Below, piece by piece: positions 40,076-51,810 of a DNA stretch of 64,000 nt. Position 1 is the stretch's first letter. Every line of letters starts with the position of its first letter. The stretch comes from Squalus acanthias (taxonomy: Eukaryota): NCBI GenBank assembly GCA_030390025.1, contig CM059430.1, forward strand, positions 3,968,001-4,032,000. Reading direction: 5' to 3'. The notes below the pieces were generated by a model. That model was not told where the DNA came from, searched no databases, and was given only the letters and a program-made list of their open reading frames with translations. The translations under genes were made by a program, and so were the position numbers.

Positions 40076-41628
40076 GCCGATACTCTCTGGAGTTTAGAAA
40101 AATGAGAGGTGATCTCATTGAAATATACAAGATTCTTAGGGGGATTGACAGGGTAGATGCTGAGAGGTGGTTTCCAAGCACATGGGATTGGGGGTAAGGT
40201 ACTGACTTGGATAGAGAACTGGTTGGCAGACAGGAAGCAAAGAGTTGGAATAAACGGGTCTTTTTCCGAGTGGCAGGCAGTGACTAGTGGGGTTCCGCAG
40301 GGATCGGTCCTAGGACCCCAGTTATTCACAATATATATTAATGATCTAGACGAGGGAACTAGATGTAATATCTCCAAGTTTGCAGACAACACAAAGCTGG
40401 GTGGGCGTGTGTGTTGTGAGGAGGATGCAGAGAAACTCCAGTATGATTTGGACAAGTTGGGTGATTGGGCAGATGCATGGCAGATGCAGTATAATGTGGA
40501 TAAATGCGAGGTTATCCACTTTGGTGGTAAAAACAAGAAGGCAGATTATTATCTGAACGGCAATAGATTGGGAAAAGGGGAAGTGCAACGAGACCTGGGA
40601 GTCCTTGTGCACCAGTCGCTGAAGGTAAGCATGCAGGTGCAGCAGGCGGTTAAGAAGGCAAATGGTATGTTGGCCTTTGTAACGAGAGGGTTCGAGTACA
40701 GGAACAAGAATGTCTTGCTGCAGTTGTACAAGGCCTTGGTGAGACCACACCTTGAGTATTGTGTGCAGTTTTGGTCGCCTTATCTGAGGAAGGATGTTCT
40801 TGCCATGGAGGGAGTGCAGCGAAGATTCACCAGACTGATACCTGGGATGGCAGGAATGACGTATGAAGAGAGATTGGGACGATTGGGCTTGTATTCGCTA
40901 GAGTTTAGAAGAATGAGAGGGGATCTCATTGAAACTTATAAAATTCTAACAGGACTAGACAGACTAGATGCAGGAAGGATGTTCCCGATGGCGGGGGAGT
41001 CCAGAACCAGGGGTCACAGTCTAAGGATAAGGGGTAAGCCATTTAGGACTGAGATGAGGAGGAATTTCTTCACCCAGAGAGTGGTGAACCTGTGGAATTC
41101 TCTACCACAGAAGGCAGTTGAGGCCAATTCATTAAATATATTCAAGAAGGAGTTAGATATATTTCTTAAGGCTAAAGGGATCAAGGGATATGGGGAGAAA
41201 GCAGGGACAGGGTACTGAATTTGGATGATCAGCCATGATCTCATTAAATGGCGGCGCAGGCTCGAGGAGCCGAATGGCCTACTCCTGCTCCTATCTTCTA
41301 TGTTTCCCCTGTCTGGAGAGTCTAGAACAAGGGGGCAGTCTCAGGATAAGGGGTCAGCCATTTAAGATGGAGATGAGGAGGAATTTCTTCACTCAGAGGG
41401 TTGTGAATCTTTGGAATTCTCTGCCCCAAAGGGTTGTGGATGCTGAGTCGTTGAGTATATTCAAGGCTGAGAGCGATAGATTTTTGGACTCTAGGGGAAT
41501 CGAGGGATATGGAGATCGGGCGGGAAAGTGGAGTTGAGGTCGAAGATCAGCCATGATCTTATTGAATGGCGGAACAGGCTCGAAGGGCCGTATGGCCTAA
41601 TCCTGCTCCTAATTCTTATGTTCTTATG
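40076..41628 (+). mobile_element. Host CR1 3' fragment (40076-40175 plus 41302-41628), split by the nested CR1
   Basis: Sequence for [20 protein letters not shown] continues after the insert as FPCLESLEQ...MRRNFFTQRVVNLWNSLP; ends TTCTTATGTTCTTATG. Confidence 0.88.
40176..41301 (+). mobile_element. Young 5'-truncated CR1 (same subfamily as 14297-15818) inserted into an older CR1
   Basis: About 16 aa differences over about 346 aa versus the 14-kb copy and a near-identical 3' UTR. GTTTCC duplicated at 40170-40175 and 41302-41307. Confidence 0.93.
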
Positions 41629-44600
41629 CTCTTAAGCAGTAAACACACAAGATTAAACTGCAATGAACTGGTCGAGAGTCTGATGGACCAATCTTGGTGA
41701 TTGGTCTGCTTCTCGTCTATGGAGGAACTGCTTACAGTAAAACTGCTAGATACTTTCACCAATCTGGATTTTCGACCACTTGAATTATCGATGCTGTGAC
41801 CCAATAATGCACAGATATTATGTCACTGCAGTACCACTGACATGAAATGTGCACCATGTGAGACCTTGTACTAAGTTTGTGATTACATAACCTGTTTGAA
41901 GCTGATTAGGTATGAAACTGGAAATCATCCAATCCTGGCCTCAGTATAAAGGGGGCACAAATGTGACTAAGAGTAGAGAGTTCTGATTGGGCCAGAGCCA
42001 CTGTAAACTTCTCTGGATTCAGTTGAATGAATTCAGCTTTGGAACATTTCATTGTTCTAAATCACAGTTGTTATGTGAAATTAAATATACATATCCTTAT
42101 ATGATCTAATGGCTATAATGAAGTCAGGAAGCGAAGATATCAGGAGTCTTACTATCTAGTGACCTTGACTTGATATTTTTACCAAAGGTTTTAAAGCATT
42201 TCACGCCATGATACCACTCTTTTTGATGCCAAGTACAAGATCTGCATTCAGCTAGTTTGAAAAGATCGGAACATTTATATGATGTGCATTGTGTCAAAGC
42301 AAATGCTTAACAGTGCACTCACTGAAGATGGTACTTTTGGTTGTACAGTAAAAGGCATAACACCAGATGTCACTGAAAAGCTTTTCAAGTTCATTAAGAG
42401 ACTCTTAGCCCCAGGCACACCTATTCCTCATTGGCACAAAGCTCTCAAAATGGCAGCAGCATCTCTACAGCTAATGCCATTCTCAGCTTATAGATTAAAA
42501 GGTTGACACTGATCAGGGTTACACTATAGACTATACAGCCTTTACACTGCTAGCACTAGCACCAAGTACATATAGAAAACCAAGTCCAGGGCCCACTTTT
42601 AGCACTCATCATCTGAGGCTCATTAAAGCCAGCATCAGAACTGTAAATTTCTCCTTTCTGCCCTCCCTCAAATGTAGTCCAGCCTTTCTAACTTATTACT
42701 GTTCAATTAATGTCCTTTTTTTGGATGCAGCACTTGATTACTTCGCACAGAAGGAAGGGGTTGTCTTCTATCACATGTTCTCTTCTGCTGTTTGAAAATT
42801 GCAATCTTTCAAACTGTTAGCACTAGTCTAATTTTTTGCATCTCAGTGAATCTTTGAGAGTATATCGAGATTCTTCCCCTGCTGAGAATGAAAGCAGGGT
42901 TTGATGCTCCTGAGAGCACTTTTTTAACAAAAACATAAAACATTTACATCCCCGCATGCAATAACCCTGCTAAGATTTCCAGGACTACACAGAAATAGAA
43001 AGGATGAATCGCTTCTAACTATACTCTGTCCTACTCATGCAGTGATGGCACAATGGTTTATTTTAAGAAATTAACAGCAGCCCATTAAAATTCTCCATTC
43101 TCAGTGTGTCTTATTTTCCCCCAGGGGTAACTTTACAGAAGAATTTCCTAAGCTGCTTCGCACTCAGGCATTTGCTGAAAACCCTCTCTTGCCTTTCAGT
43201 CAATACAGGAAAGCAGAGTCAATTCTTACTTAAGGAGGCAAAAGTCAACCTGCTGGTCGATCATTTGTACGTCTGTGAACATGGATTCCCGTAAAATCAA
43301 TGATCTTCAGTTATTGCTATCAGTCTGTTTTTAAAATAGACTGGAAACTGTTTAAGTTCATACATGCAGTCAGTGTGCCCAGGGCAACATCACTCACTTA
43401 TCTTCTATCCATCCATTCCTCCAGCTATTACAGTCTGCAAGCTCTTACTCAGACAGAGCATGAATCCATAATTTTAAGATTATACTAAATTTACTTCACA
43501 GGACGACGGCCAATTTGATTTGCGAGGGTATCTGATCTTGAAGAACTGTCATAGGTTACACTTTCAACATCATGTCTGCTGGTAACTGGGACGGTCTCAG
43601 CACACCCCTCCCACCACCCCCCCCCCCAACCCCCACCTTCGTAAGTTATTTAAGGAAAGTACGGAAGCTGTATAGTCGAATACGCTATGATTCAACCAGC
43701 CCTGTTTTCCAGAGTTACTGAACATTTTAACAAAAATTAGATCAAGCACTCTCGGGGGGAAATCTGTATACGCCTGATAATTAAAAGGAAAATGCTGAAT
43801 TTTGCAGGAGTGAACACTGCTTAACCCTTTGTGAACTGCTGCAGTAATGTTACTCCAATATATTAAGAAAAACTGTGTGCTTTACTCATCTGATACGGCA
43901 AATGTAGGCAGGTTACATACCTCTCAGCCCAACCAGGAGAATATACTGGGAAAACCTTTTGCAGTTGCACATTCAGCAGAAAAATAGGCCTTTGTTTTAA
44001 AAGATTCTGAGCATTAGATCAAAAGATTTTAAAAAGTAGAGGAAATGGAATCAATGGTCAGAAAGACAGTCCACCTGTAAAAAAGTGTTAAGAGCCTCAA
44101 GAGGCATCCAACAGAGAGAATACTGGGTAAAAAGTCAACTGTGTTTTTAATAATGTACCATTCATCTTGATACACTAATAAAGCAACTGCAGTTTCTTTT
44201 CCTGCCGTCACCCTGTGTCTCAGTGGTTTTAAATTTGCATTCCTAAACAGCTCACATATTAGGACATGTAGAAACAAGCCTACTGTATGGCTTGGACACT
44301 GAGGCTAACTGTACTGTTTTAAAGAGAGAGTGAAAAATAGAATAGAATGCAACAAAAAAACCCTTGTAAGATAGACACTGCCACTAGTGGTCATATTAAT
44401 GATCTGTTCCTGTCACATAATTTAAAGGTTTGGGCTCCAAGCAGACAAAGCAAGCTCTGTGGGATTGTGTGTCCCACTGGCATAACATGGCGGTGTCATG
44501 TAGGCCTAGACAGCTCCTCCTGAGTAAAAACATGCATAGGTTATAACTTCTAAACCCTTCCCTTCAGCAGAGTATCTTCCTTCACTGCCCCCAGCTAATT

Positions 44601-45073
44601 CAAATGCTAATCGACTATTTCAAAACAATCTCTCAGATGCATCTAATTTCAAGAGAGGAGGAAGCTCCCCGTGCTAAGCCCAGAACGGTGCGCTTCAGCG
44701 AACGGCATTTCAAAGTGACTCGTAGCATACAGCCCAGAGGAGGTGGTGCCTCCATTTCCTGTGAATTAAATATTAACAGCTTTAGTGTGTAATTTTAATC
44801 ATTAATTAGCACTGGGTTAATTACGTACGTGACTCACATGAACGCAGTAAATGTTGCTGGTGATAAACCAACATTGAAGAAAGCATGAAATTGTAACTGC
44901 ACTCCAATTAGCTGGGAGATGAAAGCAGCCCCTGTGCAGTTAACGGGCAGGCTAATAGAAAGGCCCTTTCAGGCTCTCCGCGTATCCCCCATGTTCAGAC
45001 AATATGGAAGTGCAGCCAATTCAAACAAGGATAGGGCAAAGGATGAAGAGCAAACCATGGCAAGTAAGAAAAC

Positions 45074-45324
45074 CATGGCAAGTAAGCAAGTACCTTCCTG
45101 GCTGACTTGATTAACTTTATCACACCTCGGCAGATAGTCAGGATGATTTAATTTAGTGGTCTGCAATTGTAAGGTACACATGCTTTGTTCTCTATCTATA
45201 TATGCTTTGGCGATTCTGTATCTAATTTACTTCACCTGAGGAAGGGGCAATCGATAGCTCCGAAAGCTTGTGATTTCAAATAAAACTGTTGGACTATAAC
45301 CTGGTGTTGTGCGACCTCTCAATT
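45074..45324 (+). mobile_element. Solo (non-palindromic) family A PLE pLTR fragment with hammerhead motif at 45232-45273
   Basis: 45224-45324 matches the 63-kb right arm. Motif TCAC-CTGAGGA-A-GGGGC aatcgata GCTCC-GAAAGCTT-GTGA. Direct repeat AAGTAAGAAAAC at 45062-45073 and 45325-45336. Confidence 0.78.
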
Positions 45325-48300
45325 AAGTAAGAAAACACCAAGGAACTCGAGATTCAGACTCAACTACCTTTAGTTGCTGTGGTCTCTCACCTCATGCAAG
45401 CAAACAGCCTCCCACTGCTCGGGGAGTGGCTCAATCATTTTTTTTTTAAATGGTGGGGAGGTGGGTGTTTATCATTGAGCATGTTACATATTTTAACATC
45501 ACATTGCACTCAATCACAGGTGTCCTTTACCAGTAATTCCACATCAACAACCATTGTTCAGAAGCATCTACTTTTGTGCTATAGAGAGAGGCCTTGACAT
45601 TTATCATTATTTTCATTTAAATGCTTCTGCATTATGATTTTTTTGCAACTATTATAAAAGATTCAATCCTTGGAAAGAATTTCTCTGATTTTTTTGACAG
45701 CAGTCTTCACTTCTTTCTCAGGCTACAGAACAGTCAATAAAATGTGTGGGCAGTAGTCGAGAAACTGCACCAGTAAAATGGATTATAGCACCTCCAAAGA
45801 GCCTTTAAAATATACAAAGCAAGAAGTATTCTCTTTTTTCCCCTTTCCTCGAACAAACAATCATAAAGCTTTTCTCTTTATGCTCTTCCTCTGAACTCAT
45901 AATTAATTCTGATACTGCTGTTGGGTGAATCCAGCCCAGATTTGGGGACTGATTCACAATGCTGCAAAAAGTAGCTTTTCAGTAAGTTTCAGCAAAAAAG
46001 CAGAGTCATGAATCCGAAGTACCGATTCCAAGCACCATTTTCTGATCCTTCATTCTGATGCTCGGACCCAGTTTCTTGCAGCAAACTTTGAAAAATTGGC
46101 TGCAGTGCCTGGACTGTGCATAAAGTCATCTTACAAAAGTCATCAAGTGCAGCAACTGAATGTGAATAGATGTGGAACAGCAACTTCAAGAATGTTCGGC
46201 TCTCTGGAACCAGCTCCCAAAAAAATGGCTTGTGAGCTTGCACCTCTAGGTGACTGGCTGCCTAATACACGTTCGATTTCTTACAAAAATCATTGTGATG
46301 GGAACTTGGCTGTTGAAGGCAGGTACATGGCCTTGATAAATTTTACACCTTCTTCTATGTAACACTCTCAGTCCCCCAGATTCCTGTGAGCCTGAAATTA
46401 GTCCAACCTCCGATATTCTGTTCAGTTTAATGCACCAATACTTCAATCACACACAGTAGATCAGATTAACAATCTGTATTTATATCGTGCTTTTAATATA
46501 GTAGATGCACATAGGTGTTTCATAGAGCGAAAATGGATGCCGCACAGCGACAGGAGAAATGACAGAAAGAATCGGCTAACAGAGATTTTGAGAGGATTTT
46601 ATGAAGGTGAGGAGAAGGCTAGCAAAGCCGAGGGGTTTAGGGAAAAGTAATAGCCTCAAGCAGCACAATGTAGGGATGCACTGATGTACTATCTGCATGA
46701 TGGTATAACACAGGTTTGCAACTGTGATTCTCTACCTGGAGGGAAGGTACAATGGACACATGCTCAGGGAGAGGCTCGGCACAACCTGGGCCACCAGGCT
46801 CAGGCACCAACTCCAACTGGGAGGAGCCTGGAAGCAGGGCACCTGCCTAACCTCTCAGCACAGCAATTCTGTGTTGAGCAGGGAGCTGCAGTGAGGAGGA
46901 GGAGGAAATAATACATTAAACAAAACAAAAAATGCCACTGTTAGCAGTTAAACTGCAAAACCGAGTCAGATTTTGATGCAAGCCTACTGAGTGCAGGGTT
47001 TTTCATGGAAGCTGGTTGGGGACTGGAGGCAATGCTCACTTAAACCACAGCCAAGTTTTTTTTTAAATATAAACTTCCTTAGACTAAAGTGGAAGTGAAA
47101 TATGCTAGGCTTGTCATATTTAGTTGTTCAGTGCAAAAACACTACTGTAAGCCTGGGACTTTCATTTGAAAAGCTCAATGCCTCTATATTATAGATGATC
47201 ATCAGTTGTCCTGTTCGCTTGGCAAAAGGGTGCCAGTGTTGGCAGCATGTCAACACAAACAAGCTTTGCTTTGCACACACTGATTAAAAAGACCAGGCGC
47301 TTTCGACACTAATGAGTTTATTAGCATAAACAGCTTCACAAGCAGCAGGAAGCCAGCAAACTCCTAGTCTAAACAAAGTAGGAGTGACAATCGAAGCTGC
47401 TCGTAAGTACAGTGAGAAAAGCAGCTCATCACAACTCAACTTTCTCCACAGACAGGCTTTTCACTCCTCCAACACCAGAGAATACACAGAAATAGAGACT
47501 GAAGTCTGCTGCAGCTGCGTCTGGCATTTGGTAATCACTACTTTTAATCTGGAAAAGTGACATTGTTCAACTGATCTGACAATACGTTGATGCTTAGGCC
47601 TAGTGCTGCTTAGGGCTCACCCATCAGTCAATGCTGATATGTAATTAGGCCTTATAATATATACAAACAGTAGGTGACTACAAGGGGGCCCAGTGTCAGG
47701 AGATTGATTAATGTTGCTCAACACAAAGGCTTCCATTCACACCGTACCTTTTCCCAGTTCAACAATTAAAAGGCATGGTACTTTTACTGATGGGTTGAAA
47801 GAATGCCAAGTGGAATTTTCACTGTAATTTGCCAATGAATCATTCCCAAAGTTATTGCACTGTGCAGGGAAGGGAAGAGCACAAATGTGAAGAGCAGACA
47901 TATGGAATAAACCTGTTCCAAAAATGGAAAATGGGGTGGGGGGGGGGCGGTTGGTGGAGGAGATGGAAATCAAGACCAAAGGGCTGCTGGCTTCAGGTAC
48001 TTTGAACATAGAAAAAAAATATGAAAGCTGGCAAGCTAAAAAGGTCACTTAAAAAGAGAAAAAGAAGAGAGAACAGGGATGAATACGGTGGAGCATGGCA
48101 GTGAACTGAATGCACTCAATTAAGCTCATTTGAGATAGCTGCCATTTTTTTTAGGTGAAGTGGGACTCAACTAATGTGCACTTCAGATGCTAGAATTAAA
48201 AAAGTAATTAAAGTGCATTTTAAAAAGCTATTTCTGTGCTCAAATTGGTCAGATGAATAGGGCTAACATTACTGTCTTTTCAGTGGCACGGTACAGGTTT

Positions 48301-48869
48301 CCCATGTCACTCAAATATATATAATGGCCTTGTTAGGATCTAAACGAATAGTTTTCTGGCAAAAAAGAGAAGGCAGCTCAGAAATACTGGCAGCAATATG
48401 AAGCTCTGACTGTCACTGTGCTCCTGCAAAGTAGGCTGCATTTTCTTTCAAATTATAATAGTAGTCATGGGAGAAGGGCAAGGACAGAGCAGCGAAAGCA
48501 AATCCCCCCCCCCCCCCCCCCCCCCCCATCCCCTTTATTCAATTCTGTCCCCAGGTTCCATTAGTGATGTGTACGTTATATCCTACATTGTTCTATTCAA
48601 CACACAAAAACATGAGCTCACAGTTCTAATTCTGATCTGGTTTGGCTCTATCTCCGGGGGTGTGAAGACCATATTCTAACTCACTACATCACCAATTCCA
48701 CTTTTAGTACAAAAGCAAAATTCTGCAGTGCAAAGGAATGACTACATTTTATTTATCTTTCAAATGAAGCTCAACGGAAGCGCGAGGAACGGCGCCTCAT
48801 CTTTCGGTTAGGCACTTTACAGCCTTCCAGACTCAATGTTGAGTTGAAACCGTTTCAGATCATAAGTAA

Positions 48870-49296
48870 CTTCAGTTACGTGGATGGACTGGAGAAGCTG
48901 GGGTTGCTCTCCTTAGAGCAGAGAAGGTTGAGAGGAGATTTGATAGAGGTGTTCAAAATCATGAGGGGTCTGGACAGAGTAGATAGAGAGAAACTGTTCT
49001 CATTGGCGGAAGGGTCGAGAACCAGAGGACACAGATTTAAGGTGATTGGCAGAAGAACCAAAGGCAACATGAGGAAAAACTTTTTTATGCAGTGAGCGGT
49101 CAGGATCTGGAATTCACTGCCTGATTGGGTGGTGGAGGCAGACTCAATTGTGGCTTTCAAAAGGGAGTTGGATAAGTACCTGAAGGAAAAAAATTTGCAG
49201 GGCTACGGGGAAAGGGCGGGAGAGTGGGACTAGCTGAAGTGCTCTTGCAGAGAGCCGGCACGGGCTCCTTCTGTGCTGTAACCATTCTATGATTCT
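48870..49296 (+). mobile_element. CR1 3' fragment
   Basis: LEKLGLLSLEQRRLRGDLIEVFKIM...RTRGHRFK; ends ACCATTCTATGATTCT. Confidence 0.88.
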
Positions 49297-49299
49297 GTA

Positions 49300-49645
49300 A
49301 CCACTGCTCCCATTTCTTCAGATAGCAGTAATGATTCTGCTTTTGTCATTTTCAGCTCTCTAGACCCATCTTTTGTTTCTTTTATTGTCCCATTACCATC
49401 TCCTTTTTGCCTTGTACCATCATCCCTTTTGTCATTTAATCTCTCCTGCCTTTCACCCTATCACAGACCTTCCCTTTTGTTCTTTCCTCCACCCCACCTT
49501 TCCCTGCCTCTGTACTTGCTTAAAATCTGTTACAACTCTAACTTTTTCCAGTTCTGTTCAAAGGTCATTGACCTGAAATGTTAACTCTGTTTCTCTCTCC
49601 ACAGATGCTGCCTGACCTGATGAGCATTTCCAGCATTTTTCACTT
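49300..49645 (+). mobile_element. Family B pLTR fragment with pyrimidine-rich upstream part; hammerhead core mutated
   Basis: CAGTTCTGTTCAAAGGTCATTGACCTGAAATGTTAACTCTGTTTCTCTCTCCACAGATGCTGCC (from about 49549) matches family B. The 5' boundary is approximate. Confidence 0.65.
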
Positions 49646-49669
49646 CTATGACACGGTTATATAACTGCT

Positions 49670-49798
49670 AAACACATGAGGGAGAAAGGAATAGAAGGAT
49701 ATGTTGATGAGGAGGGTGGAAGGAGACTTGTGTGGAACATAAACACCGGCATAGACCTGTTGAGCCAATGGCCTGTTTCTGTGTTGTACATTCTATCT
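49670..49798 (+). mobile_element. CR1 3' UTR fragment (13233-type)
   Basis: CACATGAGGGAGAAAGGAATAGAAGGATA...GCCAATGGCCTGTTTCTGTGTTGTA matches the reverse complement of 13245-13375. Confidence 0.75.
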
Positions 49799-50020
49799 AA
49801 CTGTACCAGGTACCATGAGTTTCGGCAGTCGTGAATTTGCAAATATTGAATCAGTGGAGCTACAAATGATTCATCTATAAATTGAAGAGGAAAACCTCTT
49901 TACTTCAAAAGTTGCCGGGGGGACACCCCTCCGTTCTGGATGATTTTCTTCTGCTACAGTGCGCGGTGCAAAGGAACGACTAAATTTTACTCATGTTTCA
50001 CGCTATCATTTTCTTTCCTC

Positions 50021-50125
50021 AAGTTCTGAAGGGTCTCGTCCAAAACATTAACTTTACCGTCTCTTTCAGGTGTTCACTGACCAAACTGAGCAGTTCCAGA
50101 ATTTTCTGTTTTTATTTCAAATTTA
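50021..50125 (+). mobile_element. Old family B-related pLTR fragment
   Basis: AGTTCTGAAGGGTCTCGTCCAAAACATTAAC...CTGAGCAGTTCCAGAATTTTCTGTTTTTATTTCA shows degenerate similarity to family B. Confidence 0.5.
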
Positions 50126-51534
50126 TCACTTTTTTGCATCAATTTCCTTTCTGCCTCCCGATACTTCCATGACTCATCTCAAAGTTCCTTAAAAATAAAA
50201 ATGCTAGTATTTCAAGGCCACAAGTTGCAACTTCTGTAACTTGCTGAATGCCTCTGCTTTGCCTGGTGGGTAAGGTGAAGAATGAGAATCAAACAGTGTC
50301 GTTGTTCACGGTTTAATCTGAGTAACCGGGACGCACGGCATTCTGAAATCCGTGCAGATGTGAATTGCAGACGCACGCCCCATAAAAACATGCACAGGCG
50401 AGTAAGCCGTTTGTGCATTTTTTTTAAAGTTTGATAGCTCCGTGATTAAATTCCTTTAATTACTGGGTCCCGATCAGAGATCTTTTTCCAGGTGATTTAG
50501 CTTTGCTACAGGAGCCGCTTCAGTCATGACACCATTTGTAAATCACCCTAGTGTAGAGAGGGCCCACCATTTGGGAATTTGGACTGCAAGAAACTGGTAG
50601 GTTCTTGGAGAAGCAAAACTGGAGGTTTGAGATGATTTCTGTACAGCTGTGAAAGAAAACCACATCTAAAAAATGTGACGGTTTTCCTGTTGCAGTAATA
50701 TGTGCTTCAGCACAGTGATTGTGCATTACTGTACTTTCACTCTGCCAAAGCCCACTGTAACATTACTAAAGTACCTCCCAGTAATGTTACTGTGTTAATG
50801 GGGTATTATATTCATGAAAAAGCATTTGGCAAACTTTCTTTTGTTAGGGGAGGGAGAAGGAGCAGAACAGCATGCATCATTTTTGCCAGAATGAGATAAT
50901 GCAAAGTATTACGACATACTTCAGTGCAATTTATAGCATTATTTACAAATGCAAGTGGGAAAAGGTCTGCCATCACTCTTTCATAAATACGGTGCACGTA
51001 CTGCAATATTAATGTGTTGGAGCATCTCGCTGTAATGTTAATATTTTAAACACCTTAGTTTAAGTTTCTAGCACTGAAGCAGCTTATGGTAAAATTTAAT
51101 GTTTGTCATAAAATACCTAATTTTAACTTTACTGTAATATTATATATCTCATGCTGTGGTCCTGTTAACATTCACTAAAATAAAGCTCATTGTTACTGCA
51201 GTTCAAACCACATAACACTTTAGTTCATGTGATAGGATTCAATCACAGGACCCAACCATAACATATGGCACCAATCGAAATCTCACACTGAATGAAAGAA
51301 TAAAAGGCTTTAATGTGATTCAGGGATGTTACATCTCAGGATTTGATGACGTCAATAGCTTTGCATTTGCCATTTAAGACATTAAATGAACTCCTTGATG
51401 TGCTACTGCCCTGTAAAGCATTAAAATTGAGTGAAGCAAATTATTGTGACGTTAGTATGTGCTAATAATACACATCAGTACTATATTTGTTGCTCTTAAA
51501 TTAGTTAACATTTTGCTTTTTGAGTGGAGACTTT

Positions 51535-51810
51535 ATTGAACTCTGCTGCCCGTATCCTAACTTGCGTCAAGTCCCATTTATCCATCACCCCTGTGCTCGC
51601 CGACCTACATTGGCCCCAGGTCCAACAAGGTCTTGAATTTAAAATTCTCATCCATGTGTTCAAATCCCTCCATGGCTTCGCTCCTCCCCATCTCTGTAAT
51701 ATCCTCTAGCCCCACAACCCTCCGAGAACTCTGTGTTCCTCCAATTTTGGACTTTTGTGCATTCCCCGACTTCCTTCCTTCAGGGGGGAGAAGAAGCTTT
51801 CGCCCCAACA
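51535..51810 (+). mobile_element. L2-clade LINE ORF2 C-terminal fragment
   Basis: NSAARILT...SITPVLADLHW...FKILIHVFKSLHG.APP.L is typical of the L2 C-terminus. Confidence 0.75.
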
